Positions 38,713 to 49,502 of a stretch of DNA of 64,000 nt are shown in pieces. Source of the DNA: a candidate division WWE3 bacterium RIFCSPHIGHO2_01_FULL_40_23 (GTDB taxonomy: Bacteria > Patescibacteriota > WWE3 > UBA101185 > 2-01-FULL-41-18); contig MEUZ01000003.1 of assembly GCA_001772615.1 (NCBI GenBank), positions 286,433-350,432 of the forward strand. Direction: 5' to 3'. The notes under the pieces were generated by a model. It was not told the origin of the DNA. It made no database searches and saw only the letters and a program-made list of their open reading frames with translations. Every line of letters starts with the position of its first letter. Position 1 is the stretch's first letter. The translations under genes were made by a program, and so were the position numbers.

Positions 38713-39122
38713 CTTTCTACCAGACTTTTAATCTTATCCATAAAAGTATGCATATACTTCTTCAGGCTTTTTGTGAGTGGAAGATTAACAACTTCATCCA
38801 GACTGAAAAACTTTATTTCCTGGCCTTCATTACCAAGCTTCATTTCCTTAATATCTTCATCGTTCACCCGCGAATAGTAATAATGGCTTTCACTTCCATC
38901 TTCTCTTGTGATCTTTGCAAAAAAAGACATGGATTTAAGACTTATATTGGCTTCTTCCAATACTTCACGTTTAGCTCCCTCTTCAAAACTCTCACCTTCC
39001 TCAAGCATACCGCCAACGACACTCCAGCAGTTGGGGTAGGGAATCGCAGGATCGTTGTCCCTGTGAATAAGTAAAATTTTCTTATCTTTGATTATTATTA
39101 CACCGGCGTAATTACTGGTCAT
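38709..39122 (-). CDS. NUDIX hydrolase
   Basis: Nudix box GGMLEEGESFEEGAKREVLEEANI. Confidence 0.85.
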   Translation of the reverse strand: MTSNYAGVIIIKDKKILLIHRDNDPAIPYPNCWSVVGGMLEEGESFEEGAKREVLEEANISLKSMSFFAKITREDGSESHYYYSRVNDEDIKEMKLGNEGQEIKFFSLDEVVNLPLTKSLKKYMHTFMDKIKSLVES

Positions 39123-39586
39123 TAAAACCTGAAGTGGCTAAATGCTTTATTGGCCTCTGCCATTCTGTGAACATCGTCCCTCTTTTTAATTGCGGCTCCC
39201 GTATTTGAGTTTGCGTCTTTTATTTCTGAAACAAGCTTTTCCCACATAGGCTTTCCCTTTTTAGACCTTGCCGCTTGTATAATCCATCTCATCGCCAAAG
39301 CTTCCGATCTATCATGCCTTACAGGAAAGGGGATTTGATATGTGGCACCTCCGACTCTTCTTGATCTTACCTCTTGTCGTGGCATCACATTTTTAACTGC
39401 CTGCTCAAAAATTGAAACCGCTTCTTTTTTATCCAGGTTAAGGTTGGATAATGATGTATATATTATATTTTCGGAAAGGCTCTTTTTTCCATGAACCATT
39501 AGATTATTTACAAATCTGCCGACAACTTTTGATTTATAAACCGCGTCAGGCTGCGCTTGTCTTTTTTTAACCTTAAGTCCTCTCAT
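39122..39586 (-). CDS. rpsG: 30S ribosomal protein S7. The start is probably MRGLKVKK; the full ORF extends to 39667 and overlaps rpsL.
   Basis: ...KSKVVGRFVNNLMVHGKKS ... RHDRSEALAMRWIIQAA ... HRMAEANKAFSHFRF. Confidence 0.93.
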   Translation of the reverse strand: MRGLKVKKRQAQPDAVYKSKVVGRFVNNLMVHGKKSLSENIIYTSLSNLNLDKKEAVSIFEQAVKNVMPRQEVRSRRVGGATYQIPFPVRHDRSEALAMRWIIQAARSKKGKPMWEKLVSEIKDANSNTGAAIKKRDDVHRMAEANKAFSHFRF

Positions 39587-39587
39587 A

Positions 39588-40010
39588 TTAAGCCGCCTTC
39601 TTTCCGCCTTTTTTGGCTCCGTATAAAGACCTTGACGTTTGTCTGTTTGAAACCCCGGCAAGATCAAACTTACCTCTGACTATAGTGTATTTCACTCCTG
39701 GAAGATCCTGGATTTTACCCGATTTAACCAAAACCACGGAATGCTCCTGGAGGTTATGACCTTCTCCGGGTATGTATGCCGTTACCTCTCTTCTATTTGA
39801 AAGCCTTACTCTTGCAACTTTTCTTAAGGCAGAATTTGGTTTTTTGGGAGTTCTCGTCATAACCGAAAGGCATACACCTCTTTTAAAAGGTGAATGAACA
39901 AACTTAGCCCTTCTATCAATAGACGAAAAGACCTCCGATAAAGCCGGTGTTTTAAGTTTTTTTACTTTTTTCTTTCTGCCACGGCGCAGAAGCTGATTTA
40001 TTGTAGGCAT
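39588..40010 (-). CDS. rpsL: 30S ribosomal protein S12 (with a ~13-aa internal insertion)
   Basis: [15 protein letters not shown] ... [18 protein letters not shown] ... [14 protein letters not shown]. Confidence 0.95.
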   Translation of the reverse strand: MPTINQLLRRGRKKKVKKLKTPALSEVFSSIDRRAKFVHSPFKRGVCLSVMTRTPKKPNSALRKVARVRLSNRREVTAYIPGEGHNLQEHSVVLVKSGKIQDLPGVKYTIVRGKFDLAGVSNRQTSRSLYGAKKGGKKAA

Positions 40011-40013
40011 AAA

Positions 40014-43000
40014 TTATTCCAGACGCGCTCTATCTCCCGTAGGGATGAGCCTTCCTATTATAATATTCTCTTTTAACCCTAAAAGCCTATCAACCCTACC
40101 AGAGGCCGAAGCATCGGTCAAGACAGAGCTTGTCTGAATAAATGATGCAGCGGACAAAAAGCTTTCGGTTTCTAAAGAAGCCCTGGTTATGCCAAGAAGT
40201 GTCAGTTCCGCAGTTGAAGGTTCCCCGCCCTCCGCCAAAACCCTTCTGTTTCCTTCTTCAAATGTATATTTCGTAACTATTTCACCCGGTAAAAAGTTTG
40301 TATCCCCGACTGTCTCTATCTTCACCCTGTTAAACATCTGTCTTACAATCACTTCAAGGTGCTTGTCGTTTATAGTAACTCCCTGCGTTGAATAGACCGA
40401 CTGGACTTCATCTATTATATATTTCTGGGTAGCATAGACTCCCACCGTTCTAAGAAGATCCGAGAGATCAAGATGCCCTGAAGTAAGAGCCTGTCCCGAT
40501 ACCACAAGATCGTTATCCTTCACTAAAATTTCAGAAATCGGATCAACTTTATAAGAAGCTTCAGGCGTTTCCGAGGCAGGATCGGTTGAAACAACCGTAA
40601 TAGATCTTTCATTTTCAGAAGAATCCACTTTAACCTTACCGGTGATCTCACTCATTATGGATAAATCTTTAGGCGTTCTTGCTTCAAAAAGCTCTTCAAC
40701 TCTTGGAAGACCCTGGGTAATATCCTTTCCCGCAATTCCTCCTGCGTGGAATGTCCTCATGGTTAGCTGTGTTCCAGGCTCACCTATTGACTGTGCGGCT
40801 ACAACGCCTACCGCGGTTCCCACCTGCACAACCTCTCTTGTCATAAGATCCACACCGTAACACTTGGAACAAACCCCATACTTTGCCTCGCAGGTTAAAA
40901 CCGATCTGATTTTCACTTCGGGAACTTCGGCTTCCAAAATATTTTTTGCTATTTCGGCAGTTATAAGTTCATTTCTTTTAACAAGAATTTTATTCCCGCT
41001 TTTAACGTCCTTTGCCGCAAACCTTCCGACAATCCGATCCGAAAATGTGGTCAATATTCTTTTCTCATCCGCTCTTATTACTCTTCCCTCTTCGCAGTCG
41101 CAGTCTTCAATTCTGACAATCATATCCTGCGCCACATCTACAAGCCTTCTTGTGAGATAACCTGAATCCGCCGTTTTTAAAGCTCGGTCAGCAAGACCTT
41201 TTCTTGCACCCCTTGAAGACGTAAAGTACTCAACTCCCGAAAGCCCTTCCTTATAATTCCCAAGTATGGGAAGCTCAACCAGCTTTCCCGTAGGATCACT
41301 TTTCAGACCAACCATGCCTGCAATCTGCTTTAACTGGTCTCTTGAGGCCTTGCTTGCCCCCGATCCGATTAAAAGCTTCACTGGGTTTTCACTCTCAAGC
41401 TTATTCCATGCAAGCTCATCAATTTTTGCGGTGGTTTCATTCCATACACCCTCCGAAAGTCTTCTTGCTTCATTTCTAGTAATAAGACCTCTCTTAAAGT
41501 TTCTTTCTATTTCAGAAGCCTGTTTTCTTCCTTCCATAATAATTTCATCTCTCTCAACAGGTATCAGACAGTCCGAAAGAGCAACCGATATACCCGAAGA
41601 AGTTCCATATTTAAGGCCGAGATCTTTCATATCGTCAATAAGTTTTACAACAACTTCGTTTGGCTCTGTGTCTAAAACCTTTGCGATTGTACTATTCACA
41701 ATTTTTTTATCCACAGCCGCATTTATAAACGAGAGAGAGCTTGGAAGTATCTCATTAAATATTATCCTTCCAATGCAGGTTTCAATTATTTCGTTCCCTA
41801 TTTTTGCTTTAATTTTCTGTCTTAATTTAATTTTTAATAGGCCGTATGCCAAAAGAGCTTCCTCCCTTGATGAAAACACTGCTTTATATTCCGGGATACC
41901 CTCGTCAAAAGAAGTCATGTAATAAGTTCCGAGAAGCATAATTCTTGCTGGAACGGCAATCGGGGCCCCATCTGAAGGCTTCAGAAGATTATTTGTGGAA
42001 ATCATCACCTCTTTAGATTCTTTTATAGCAAGGTCTGAAAGAGGAAGGTGAACCGCCATCTGATCCCCGTCAAAGTCGGCGTTATACCCCGCGCACACGC
42101 AAAGGTGTAAAGATATTGCATTTCCATCAACAAGCTTTGGATAAAATGCCTGGATGCCAAGCCTCCATAAAGTAGGTGCTCTGTTAAGAAGCACGGGGTG
42201 ATCTTTAACAACTTCTTCAAGAATATCCCAGACCTCGGCTCCCCTGGCTTCAAGCACAAATCTTGCACTTTTGACATTTGGTGCAAGGCCTCTTGCAAGA
42301 ACCTCTTTTAGTACAAAAGGCTTAAAAAGTTCAAGAGCCATTTCTTTTGGAAGCCCGCATTCATTAAGTTTCAGCTCCGGCCCGTTTACTATTACTGATC
42401 TACCCGAATAATCAACTCTTTTTCCAAGAAGATTCTGCCTGAATCTTCCCTGCTTGCCTTTTAACATATCGGCAAGGGACCTTAACTGCTGCTTTCCTCT
42501 TAAGTTTCTTGCGGTCTGCCTTTGTTTGGATGAATCAAGCAAAGCATCAACTGATTCCTGAAGCATTCTCTTTTCATTTCTCACTATGATTTCAGGGGCT
42601 CCAAGCTCCAAAAGCCTTTTTAACCTGTTATTTCTGTTTATAACCCTTCTGTAAAGGTCATTTAAGTCGCTTGTTGCAAATCTGCCGCCCTCAAGCTGAA
42701 CCATCGGCCTTAAATCAGGAGGTATAACTGGAATTACATCTAGTATCATCCTGGAGGGCTCAATTTTCGCTCTTCTGAAACCCTCAACAACCCTTAGTCT
42801 TTTTGAGAGTCTGACGAATCTCTGGCCTTTGGCTGACTGCATTTCCTCTTTAAGGGAAAGGGCCGTAGAGTTTAAGTCCATCTCTGAAAGAATGCCTTTT
42901 ATGGCTTCGGCTCCAATTCCAACCTTGCAAAATTTGTTAATGTATTCATAAGAAGCTATATACTCATTATCGCTTATCACACTATGCACATCTAAAATTT

Positions 43001-43706
43001 CCAAACTTTTCTGCAAGGCCTTAAAATCCTTTTCAACCTTTTCCATCTTCAAAACCGTTTGATCCCTTAGCTTTGCGGCGTGCTCTCTCATTTTTAATCT
43101 CATTTCTGATCCGGCAAACTCCTTTTGAGTTTTATCCGAAATATCAAGAGATCTGATTTTGGCTTCAAGTTCTTTTCCCACTTTTTTTATCTCATCTTCA
43201 GTATTCTCGGATGCTTCTTTTCTTGCTTTATCCAAAGCTTTCTCCACTTCAGAGATAACTGAAGCTTTTTTGTCATGGTCAATATCCTTAACAATATATG
43301 AAGAAAAATAAATAACGTTTTCAAGATTTCTCGGCGACATGTCTAATAGTGTGGCCATCTTTGAAGGTATACCTCTGAAAAACCAGACGTGAGCAACGGA
43401 AGCGGCAAGCTTAATATGCCCCATTCTTTCTCGTCTTACCCTTGAGTGTGTAACTTCAACTCCGCACTTATCACAGACAACTCCTTTGTATCTAATTCTT
43501 TTATACTTTCCGCAGTAGCATTCATAATCTTTTATCGGCCCGAATATTCTTTCATCAAAAAGACCGTCTTTTTCAGCTTTAAAAGTCCTGTAATTTATAG
43601 TTTCAGGTTTAATAACCTCGCCATGAGACCACGCAAGCATGTTGTCTGTTGACGCAAGAGATATTTTTATAGCATCAAAATCTTTTAATCTCATTAATTC
43701 TTCCAT
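40014..43706 (-). CDS. rpoC: DNA-directed RNA polymerase subunit beta'
   Basis: Zn-finger CYCGKYKRIRYKGVVCDKCGV and catalytic NADFDGDQMAVH. 1230 aa. Confidence 0.97.
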   Translation of the reverse strand: MEELMRLKDFDAIKISLASTDNMLAWSHGEVIKPETINYRTFKAEKDGLFDERIFGPIKDYECYCGKYKRIRYKGVVCDKCGVEVTHSRVRRERMGHIKLAASVAHVWFFRGIPSKMATLLDMSPRNLENVIYFSSYIVKDIDHDKKASVISEVEKALDKARKEASENTEDEIKKVGKELEAKIRSLDISDKTQKEFAGSEMRLKMREHAAKLRDQTVLKMEKVEKDFKALQKSLEILDVHSVISDNEYIASYEYINKFCKVGIGAEAIKGILSEMDLNSTALSLKEEMQSAKGQRFVRLSKRLRVVEGFRRAKIEPSRMILDVIPVIPPDLRPMVQLEGGRFATSDLNDLYRRVINRNNRLKRLLELGAPEIIVRNEKRMLQESVDALLDSSKQRQTARNLRGKQQLRSLADMLKGKQGRFRQNLLGKRVDYSGRSVIVNGPELKLNECGLPKEMALELFKPFVLKEVLARGLAPNVKSARFVLEARGAEVWDILEEVVKDHPVLLNRAPTLWRLGIQAFYPKLVDGNAISLHLCVCAGYNADFDGDQMAVHLPLSDLAIKESKEVMISTNNLLKPSDGAPIAVPARIMLLGTYYMTSFDEGIPEYKAVFSSREEALLAYGLLKIKLRQKIKAKIGNEIIETCIGRIIFNEILPSSLSFINAAVDKKIVNSTIAKVLDTEPNEVVVKLIDDMKDLGLKYGTSSGISVALSDCLIPVERDEIIMEGRKQASEIERNFKRGLITRNEARRLSEGVWNETTAKIDELAWNKLESENPVKLLIGSGASKASRDQLKQIAGMVGLKSDPTGKLVELPILGNYKEGLSGVEYFTSSRGARKGLADRALKTADSGYLTRRLVDVAQDMIVRIEDCDCEEGRVIRADEKRILTTFSDRIVGRFAAKDVKSGNKILVKRNELITAEIAKNILEAEVPEVKIRSVLTCEAKYGVCSKCYGVDLMTREVVQVGTAVGVVAAQSIGEPGTQLTMRTFHAGGIAGKDITQGLPRVEELFEARTPKDLSIMSEITGKVKVDSSENERSITVVSTDPASETPEASYKVDPISEILVKDNDLVVSGQALTSGHLDLSDLLRTVGVYATQKYIIDEVQSVYSTQGVTINDKHLEVIVRQMFNRVKIETVGDTNFLPGEIVTKYTFEEGNRRVLAEGGEPSTAELTLLGITRASLETESFLSAASFIQTSSVLTDASASGRVDRLLGLKENIIIGRLIPTGDRARLE

Positions 43707-43711
43707 AGTAT

Positions 43712-46700
43712 TTATTCCTCCACCGCCTCATTTAAACTTTTAATATTCTCATTTAATTTAGTCAGCTCCTCCGTATTTGGTTCCCCCTTTTCTATATCCA
43801 AAGCAACCTTCTCGGCGCCAATCGTTTCTATGCTAAGACAAAGACCATTAAGCTCTTTTACTAGAAGTTTAAAAGATTCAGGAATAGCGGCTTCAGGAAT
43901 CTTTTCTCCCTGAAGAATTGCTCTAAAAGCCTGTGTTCTTCCTACAAGGTCATCCGATTTAATTGTGAGAATTTCCTGAAGAGTGTGGGCCGCCCCGTAT
44001 GCCTCAAGAGCCCAAACTTCCATTTCTCCAAACCTCTGGCCTCCAAACTGGGCTTTCCCCCCAAGAGGCTGCTGGGTTATAAGCGAATATGGTCCCGTTG
44101 ACCTAGCATGCATTTTTTCTTCCGACATATGAATAAGCTTTAATATATAGGTATCCCCCACAACAATTTCATGATCAAAGTAATCACCGGTTCTGCCGTC
44201 AATGAGTTTTGATTTTCCCGACACGGGAAGCCCCGCCTGCCTTAATTCATCTTCAATTTCTTCATAAGGGACTTTTTCAAATACTGGGAATGAATATTTC
44301 TTACCCATTTTTTTCGCAGCGGTTCCTACCTGCGCTTCAAGAATCTGCCCGACATTCATTCTTTTTAAAACCGCCTCCGAGGAAAAAATAATATCAACAG
44401 GTGTTCCGTCTTCAAGGTGAGGCATATCGGCTTCATTAACTATCTTAGAAATTACTCCTTTATTTCCATGCCTTCCCGCAAGCTTGTCCCCAACCTCAAT
44501 CTTTTTAATCTGGGCTACATAAACCCTTATTTCCTTAATGACTCCTGTTGGAAGCTCGTCATTTTCTTTCTTTGTTATTATCTTCACTCCAATTACGGTT
44601 CCCTGCTCTCCGTGCGGAAGAACCAAAGAATTATCTCTTACTTCTCTTGCCTTCTCACCAAAAATTGCTCTTAAAAGCCTTTCTTCCGCTGATAACTCTG
44701 TTTCCCCTTTCGGTGCGATTTTTCCGACAAGAATATCACCGGCCTTGACCTTTGACCCTATGGCAACAATACCTTCATCATCAAGATTCCTTAAAGCATC
44801 TTCTGAAACGTTTGGAATATCTCTTGTAACTTCTTCAGGACCAAGCTTGGTCTCAAGAACCTGAACTTTATGATCCGTTATATGAATTGAAGAGAGCACA
44901 TCTTCTTTAACAAGTCTGTCTGAAATAAGAATGCCATCTTCAAACTCATATCCTCCCCAAACCATATACGCAACTTTAAGATTAGTTCCGATTGCAAGCT
45001 CCCCATCCCAAACGGAAGGTCCTTCAAAAATCACCTGCCCTCTTTTAACTTTGTCACCGGCCTTGACTTTTGTCCTCTGGTTATAGCAGGTATCCATATT
45101 TGATTTAACAAACTTTTTAAGATGATATTCTTCTTTCTCTCCTTTGGCGTATTTAATTACAACTTTTGAAGCATCTGAAAATTCGACTGTACCGTCCTCT
45201 TTGGCCTTAAAACACGCACCCGCATTCTCGGCAATAACAGGCTCAAGCCCTGTCCCAACCAGAGGGGCCTCGGGCTTAATTAAGGGAACAGCCTGTGAAG
45301 TCTGCTGTGTTGCAACAAGAGTTCTGGTTGTATCATCATTTGCTAGGAAGGGGATTAAAGCCGCGGATATGCCAACTACCTGTTGAGGTATTACATCCAT
45401 AAATTGAGCAAGTCTGACATCCCCAAGCAAAAACTCGCCTCTGTACCTTAACGGGACTTGAGTATCGGTAATATATCCTCTTTCATCAATGTTTACGGAT
45501 GCATCGGTAATATAAAGCTCATATTCATCATAAGCCGCAAGATACATCACCTCATCCGTAACTCTGACCTTCCCATCGTCATCTTTTTCAAGCTTATAAT
45601 AAGGGGCTTCAAGAAATCCGTAGTCATTCACTCTTGCATAAGTTGCTATGTAGTTAATAAGCCCGATGTTTGGACCCTCCGGAGTTCTCACAGGACAAAT
45701 CCTTCCGTAATGAGAATAATGGACGTCCCTCACGGGAAGGCTTGCTCTTTCTTTTGTTAGACCTCCCGGTCCCATGACTGAAAGCCTTCTTAAATGATCA
45801 AGGGAGGTAAGAGGATTTTGCTGATCTTGAAACTGCGAAAGCTGTCCAGAAGCAAAAAAGCTGTGAATCCTTGCGGCAACCGGCCTTGTTGAAATAAGAA
45901 CACCGGGATCACAAAGTTTATCTCTTGGCTGAATGCTCATTCTTTCTTTAATATTTCTCTCCATCTGTAAAAACCCAATTCTTATCTGATTCTGAAGAAG
46001 CTCCCCGACGCTTCTTACCCTTCTGTTTCCAAGATTATCAATATCGTCAAACTGCCCCACACCATTATTAAGCTCAATTATTCTTTGAACGATTTTAATA
46101 AGATCCTCAAGTTGCAAAAGCCTGTATTTACCTTCATTAGGAAAAGTCAAGCCAAGCTTCTGATTAAGCTTAAATCTTCCCACCCTTCCAAGAGAGTACC
46201 TTCTTGAACTAAAGAAAAGAGACTCAACTAAAGCCTTCGCGTTTTCTAAAACTAAAGGCTCGCCGGGCCTCATTTTTCTGTATATTTCAATGTAAGCTTC
46301 ATTAAGAGACTTTGCGGGATCTTTCTGAAGCGTAGTTGCTATGTAAAGTTTTTGAACGTCGATATCAACGGATGTAAATGCTTCTTCTATGTCTTTGTCA
46401 GAGGACAAACCAAAAACTCTCAAAAGCGCGGTAATGGCTATTTTTCTTCTTCTGTCTATCTTTACGCTTATCACACCGCTTCTTGAGGTTTCAATTTCAA
46501 GCCAAGCTCCGCTTTTTGGAAGGATTTTGGCACCTGCAAGGTTTTTTCCCGTAGACGGATCGGTCTCTCCTATAAAAAACACTCCCTCGGAGCGCGTAAG
46601 CTGATTTACCACAACCCTCTCAACTCCATTAATGATAAAGGTCCCGTTCACGGTCATTAAAGGAATATCCCCCATGTAAACGTCCTGGGTTTTTGATTTA

Positions 46701-46978
46701 TTTGTAAGTGTGTCTTTTAAAGTTGTTGAAAGGTACCACTGGGCATCATAGGTAACACCTTTTTCAAGTGCTTCGTCAACTGCAGTATTGGGTTTATCCA
46801 CCCTAGGGTTTGAAAAGTAAAGCTCCCAACCTCTTCCGGTCGTGTCGGACACCGGGCTTATTTCCGAAACAACTTCTGAAAGTCCTTTCCCTTTTAACCA
46901 GTCATAAGAATCAATTTGAACACGGGAAAGGTCAGGAAGCGGATAATTATATTTTCGTTTAGAAAACTGTTGTCTCAT
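43712..46978 (-). CDS. rpoB: DNA-directed RNA polymerase subunit beta
   Basis: 1088 aa with conserved rpoB blocks, directly upstream of rpoC. Confidence 0.97.
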   Translation of the reverse strand: MRQQFSKRKYNYPLPDLSRVQIDSYDWLKGKGLSEVVSEISPVSDTTGRGWELYFSNPRVDKPNTAVDEALEKGVTYDAQWYLSTTLKDTLTNKSKTQDVYMGDIPLMTVNGTFIINGVERVVVNQLTRSEGVFFIGETDPSTGKNLAGAKILPKSGAWLEIETSRSGVISVKIDRRRKIAITALLRVFGLSSDKDIEEAFTSVDIDVQKLYIATTLQKDPAKSLNEAYIEIYRKMRPGEPLVLENAKALVESLFFSSRRYSLGRVGRFKLNQKLGLTFPNEGKYRLLQLEDLIKIVQRIIELNNGVGQFDDIDNLGNRRVRSVGELLQNQIRIGFLQMERNIKERMSIQPRDKLCDPGVLISTRPVAARIHSFFASGQLSQFQDQQNPLTSLDHLRRLSVMGPGGLTKERASLPVRDVHYSHYGRICPVRTPEGPNIGLINYIATYARVNDYGFLEAPYYKLEKDDDGKVRVTDEVMYLAAYDEYELYITDASVNIDERGYITDTQVPLRYRGEFLLGDVRLAQFMDVIPQQVVGISAALIPFLANDDTTRTLVATQQTSQAVPLIKPEAPLVGTGLEPVIAENAGACFKAKEDGTVEFSDASKVVIKYAKGEKEEYHLKKFVKSNMDTCYNQRTKVKAGDKVKRGQVIFEGPSVWDGELAIGTNLKVAYMVWGGYEFEDGILISDRLVKEDVLSSIHITDHKVQVLETKLGPEEVTRDIPNVSEDALRNLDDEGIVAIGSKVKAGDILVGKIAPKGETELSAEERLLRAIFGEKAREVRDNSLVLPHGEQGTVIGVKIITKKENDELPTGVIKEIRVYVAQIKKIEVGDKLAGRHGNKGVISKIVNEADMPHLEDGTPVDIIFSSEAVLKRMNVGQILEAQVGTAAKKMGKKYSFPVFEKVPYEEIEDELRQAGLPVSGKSKLIDGRTGDYFDHEIVVGDTYILKLIHMSEEKMHARSTGPYSLITQQPLGGKAQFGGQRFGEMEVWALEAYGAAHTLQEILTIKSDDLVGRTQAFRAILQGEKIPEAAIPESFKLLVKELNGLCLSIETIGAEKVALDIEKGEPNTEELTKLNENIKSLNEAVEE

Positions 46979-47184
46979 TCAAAAGAGCAGGATAAATCCC
47001 AAGTTAAAAATCCGTAAATATAAATACGAAAGACAAAAGAAAAGGCCGCGGGCACAGCTATCCCGCACCGCTTTGAACTTTTGACTATAGATTGTGGGGA
47101 AAGCCTAACACAAGGCCTTGGGGCTGTCAAGCAAAACCGAATTTGATTTTTTGATGGAATCTGGCTTATTATGTAGGTACATTT

Positions 47185-47619
47185 ATGGAGAAAACGCTTT
47201 CTCTAAAGGCTGTAGTTTCAAGCGAACTTGAAAAAAATACGGGACAGGCGACCATTTATCTTCTGGAGGAGGAAACTCAAACCATACTGCCGATATGCGT
47301 TGACTCAAGCTCCGCCGAATCCATCATACTCGCTCAACAAAATCTGATCCTTCCAAGACCGCACACACATGATCTTATGAAAAGGCTCATTAACTGCTTC
47401 GGCGGAAAACTTAATGATGTAATCATTTATGATCTTGAAGATGATATTTTCTACGCTTATCTAAGATTAATAAGGGGTACAGAACTTGTTGAGATAGACG
47501 CAAGACCAAGCGACGCAATAGCAATGGCCTTAAGATATGAGGTGCCAATCCTTGCGAAAGAAGACGTCTTATTAAGAGGCGGTATAAAAATCTCCGAGAA
47601 TGTAATGGGTGTGGCTTAA
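47185..47619 (+). CDS. Bifunctional nuclease (DUF151/BFN) domain protein
   Basis: RPSDAIAMALRYEVPIL motif. 144 aa. Confidence 0.7.
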   Translation: MEKTLSLKAVVSSELEKNTGQATIYLLEEETQTILPICVDSSSAESIILAQQNLILPRPHTHDLMKRLINCFGGKLNDVIIYDLEDDIFYAYLRLIRGTELVEIDARPSDAIAMALRYEVPILAKEDVLLRGGIKISENVMGVA

Positions 47620-48593
47620 AGGTATTTTACCTTATTGGCTTCGTGCTCTTCTAAAGTTTTTGCAAATCTGACTTTTCCGTCTTTATCATGAAGATAATAT
47701 CTAAAAACCGTTTCTTTAAAAGAGAGTACAGCCTTTACTGCTGATAGGGATGGGTTGCAGATAGGTTTTGGCGGAAGACCTAAAACCTTTCTTGTGTTAT
47801 AGGGACTTTCCGTTTGAAGCTGTTCAGAAGTAAGGTTTTTTGGCCAGTAATCTTCTTTTGTCCCAAAAATATACTGTACAGTCGCGTCCGCACCAAGTAA
47901 GGCGCCTTCGTTGTATCTATTAATAAGAATCCCTGCCACAACAGGTCTGTTTTCATCTTCTGGCTCTTCCCTCTCTACAATTGAGGAAAGAATTAAGATT
48001 TCCTCCATGCTTAATTTAGTTTTATTTCCACTAAAAAGATCCTTAGTTTTTTGATCAAAGGTATCGGTCAAAAGTTTAATCAGCTCTTCGGTTGAAATAT
48101 CCTGATCTAAAAGATAAGTATCAGGAAAAAGCTTTCCTTCAAGGGAACGGGAAATAACCTCACTCATAAACTTTTCATAATTTACATTTTTAAATTTAGA
48201 GCTTGTAATTTGGGCAATTTCTTCAGCCCTTAAGCCCTCTACAATGGTTACTTTAATATCATTTGTACCGTGCGTTAGAAGAAGCGCGAGTTCAGGAATA
48301 GCTAAATCGGAAGGCAATGTATATGTTCCTGCCTGAAGGGTAAAATTATTAATCCTTGCGTAGAAAACAAAAAGAGAAGAGGAATTAATTAACCTATTTT
48401 CTCTTAAAAGTTTAGCAATATCCGAGGTGGCCATACCTTCCTCTATTATTATTGTTTTAGGCTCACTCCCGTTATAATTTTTTCGGGTTACAGCCACTTT
48501 ATAGTAAGCGAAGGCCAAACCGGAAAAGAATATAAAAGAAATTATAAAGATTGCTATTTTTTTATAAAGCTTATTTCTCATCATTTTTAACAA
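47616..48593 (-). CDS. mltG: Endolytic murein transglycosylase MltG (YceG-like)
   Basis: N-terminal TM and a YceG domain ending ...YLHDKDGKVRFAKTLEEHEANKVKYL. Confidence 0.8.
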   Translation of the reverse strand: MLKMMRNKLYKKIAIFIISFIFFSGLAFAYYKVAVTRKNYNGSEPKTIIIEEGMATSDIAKLLRENRLINSSSLFVFYARINNFTLQAGTYTLPSDLAIPELALLLTHGTNDIKVTIVEGLRAEEIAQITSSKFKNVNYEKFMSEVISRSLEGKLFPDTYLLDQDISTEELIKLLTDTFDQKTKDLFSGNKTKLSMEEILILSSIVEREEPEDENRPVVAGILINRYNEGALLGADATVQYIFGTKEDYWPKNLTSEQLQTESPYNTRKVLGLPPKPICNPSLSAVKAVLSFKETVFRYYLHDKDGKVRFAKTLEEHEANKVKYL

Positions 48594-48957
48594 ACTCCTG
48601 ATAAATCACTTCTACAGTTTTAGCACAAATTTTTCTTTTACCAAAACACTTATGGGGAACAAGACTCCCCGAGAATGTTTTTGGGATATGCATCAGCTCA
48701 TGAATCAAAACCCTATCCATATCGGATCTTGCAAGTTTATCAAATCTTTCTGAAATTACCTCAATGACATACTTTGGAGTTAACTTTAATGCAAGCTGCC
48801 ACACTCTGGGAAATGAATATATCCTTGCAATTGCCCTTCCCCTTGAACCACGTGACTTTACACAAAAAAGACCTTCAGCTTTTATATAGGGCATGTCAAC
48901 TTTTTTTAGAATATACCTTACCCTTTCCAGAGTTTTTTCATCTTCTCTAAATTCCAT
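48571..48957 (-). CDS. Predicted small zinc metallopeptidase (HExxH; SprT/Wss1-like fold)
   Basis: HELMHIP motif plus a downstream H. 128 aa. Confidence 0.45.
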   Translation of the reverse strand: MEFREDEKTLERVRYILKKVDMPYIKAEGLFCVKSRGSRGRAIARIYSFPRVWQLALKLTPKYVIEVISERFDKLARSDMDRVLIHELMHIPKTFSGSLVPHKCFGKRKICAKTVEVIYQEFVKNDEK

Positions 48958-49032
48958 GCGGTAATCAATTATAGCCCTTTTTGACAGTGAGCCAACCCTC
49001 TGTTATTATCACCTGTCCGGCCCAAAAAGAGT

Positions 49033-49314
49033 ATGAAAAAAGATCAGTTAAAAAGAGTCCACATCAAAATCAAGGGAAAAAGGCACGAAAAGGAGTCTAA
49101 AACCATCATCCTTAAATTGGCCCGTAAATTTAAACTTACCGGGTTTGTTTCAGGCAGGGAAGGTGTCGTTGAGGTAATTGCTGAAGGTGAGAAAGTAAAC
49201 CTTTTTGAATTCTTAAAAAACTATACCTCTATAAACATGAAATCCAAGATTAAGGAAATTCTTTTTTACTTTAAAGAAGCCGAAAACAAGTTTACGGGGT
49301 TTAGCTTAAATTAG
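49033..49314 (+). CDS. Acylphosphatase-like domain protein, degenerate (93 aa)
   Basis: RVHIKIKGK...LTGFVSGREGVVEVIAEGEKVNLFEFL resembles AcyP topology but lacks the VQGV motif. Confidence 0.35.
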   Translation: MKKDQLKRVHIKIKGKRHEKESKTIILKLARKFKLTGFVSGREGVVEVIAEGEKVNLFEFLKNYTSINMKSKIKEILFYFKEAENKFTGFSLN

Positions 49315-49502
49315 CTCTCTTTATTTAGCTCTTCAAATTTAAGCTTTGCACTCTCTAGCTTTGATAAGCATTTTTTATGAAGCTTAACGCCCTCCTCATA
49401 AAGCTTTAATGCTTCTTCAAGCTCAAGATCCCCCTTATCAAGCTCTTCAGTTATTTCTTTCAGTCTGTTTAAAGCCTTTGTAAAAGATATATCTTCCTTC
49501 AT
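49311..49502 (-). CDS. xseB: Exodeoxyribonuclease VII small subunit
   Basis: 63-aa helical protein ...FTKALNRLKEITEELDKGDLELEEALKLYEEGVKLHKKC... Overlaps the xseA stop. Confidence 0.8.
   Translation of the reverse strand: MKEDISFTKALNRLKEITEELDKGDLELEEALKLYEEGVKLHKKCLSKLESAKLKFEELNKES

Noticed and set aside
41266-41922. 218-aa plus-strand ORF inside rpoC (also 40189..40395, 40642..40860, 40864..41160, 43446..43652)
   Set aside because: Antisense to an unambiguous rpoC reading frame. Ser/Leu/Phe-rich junk composition.
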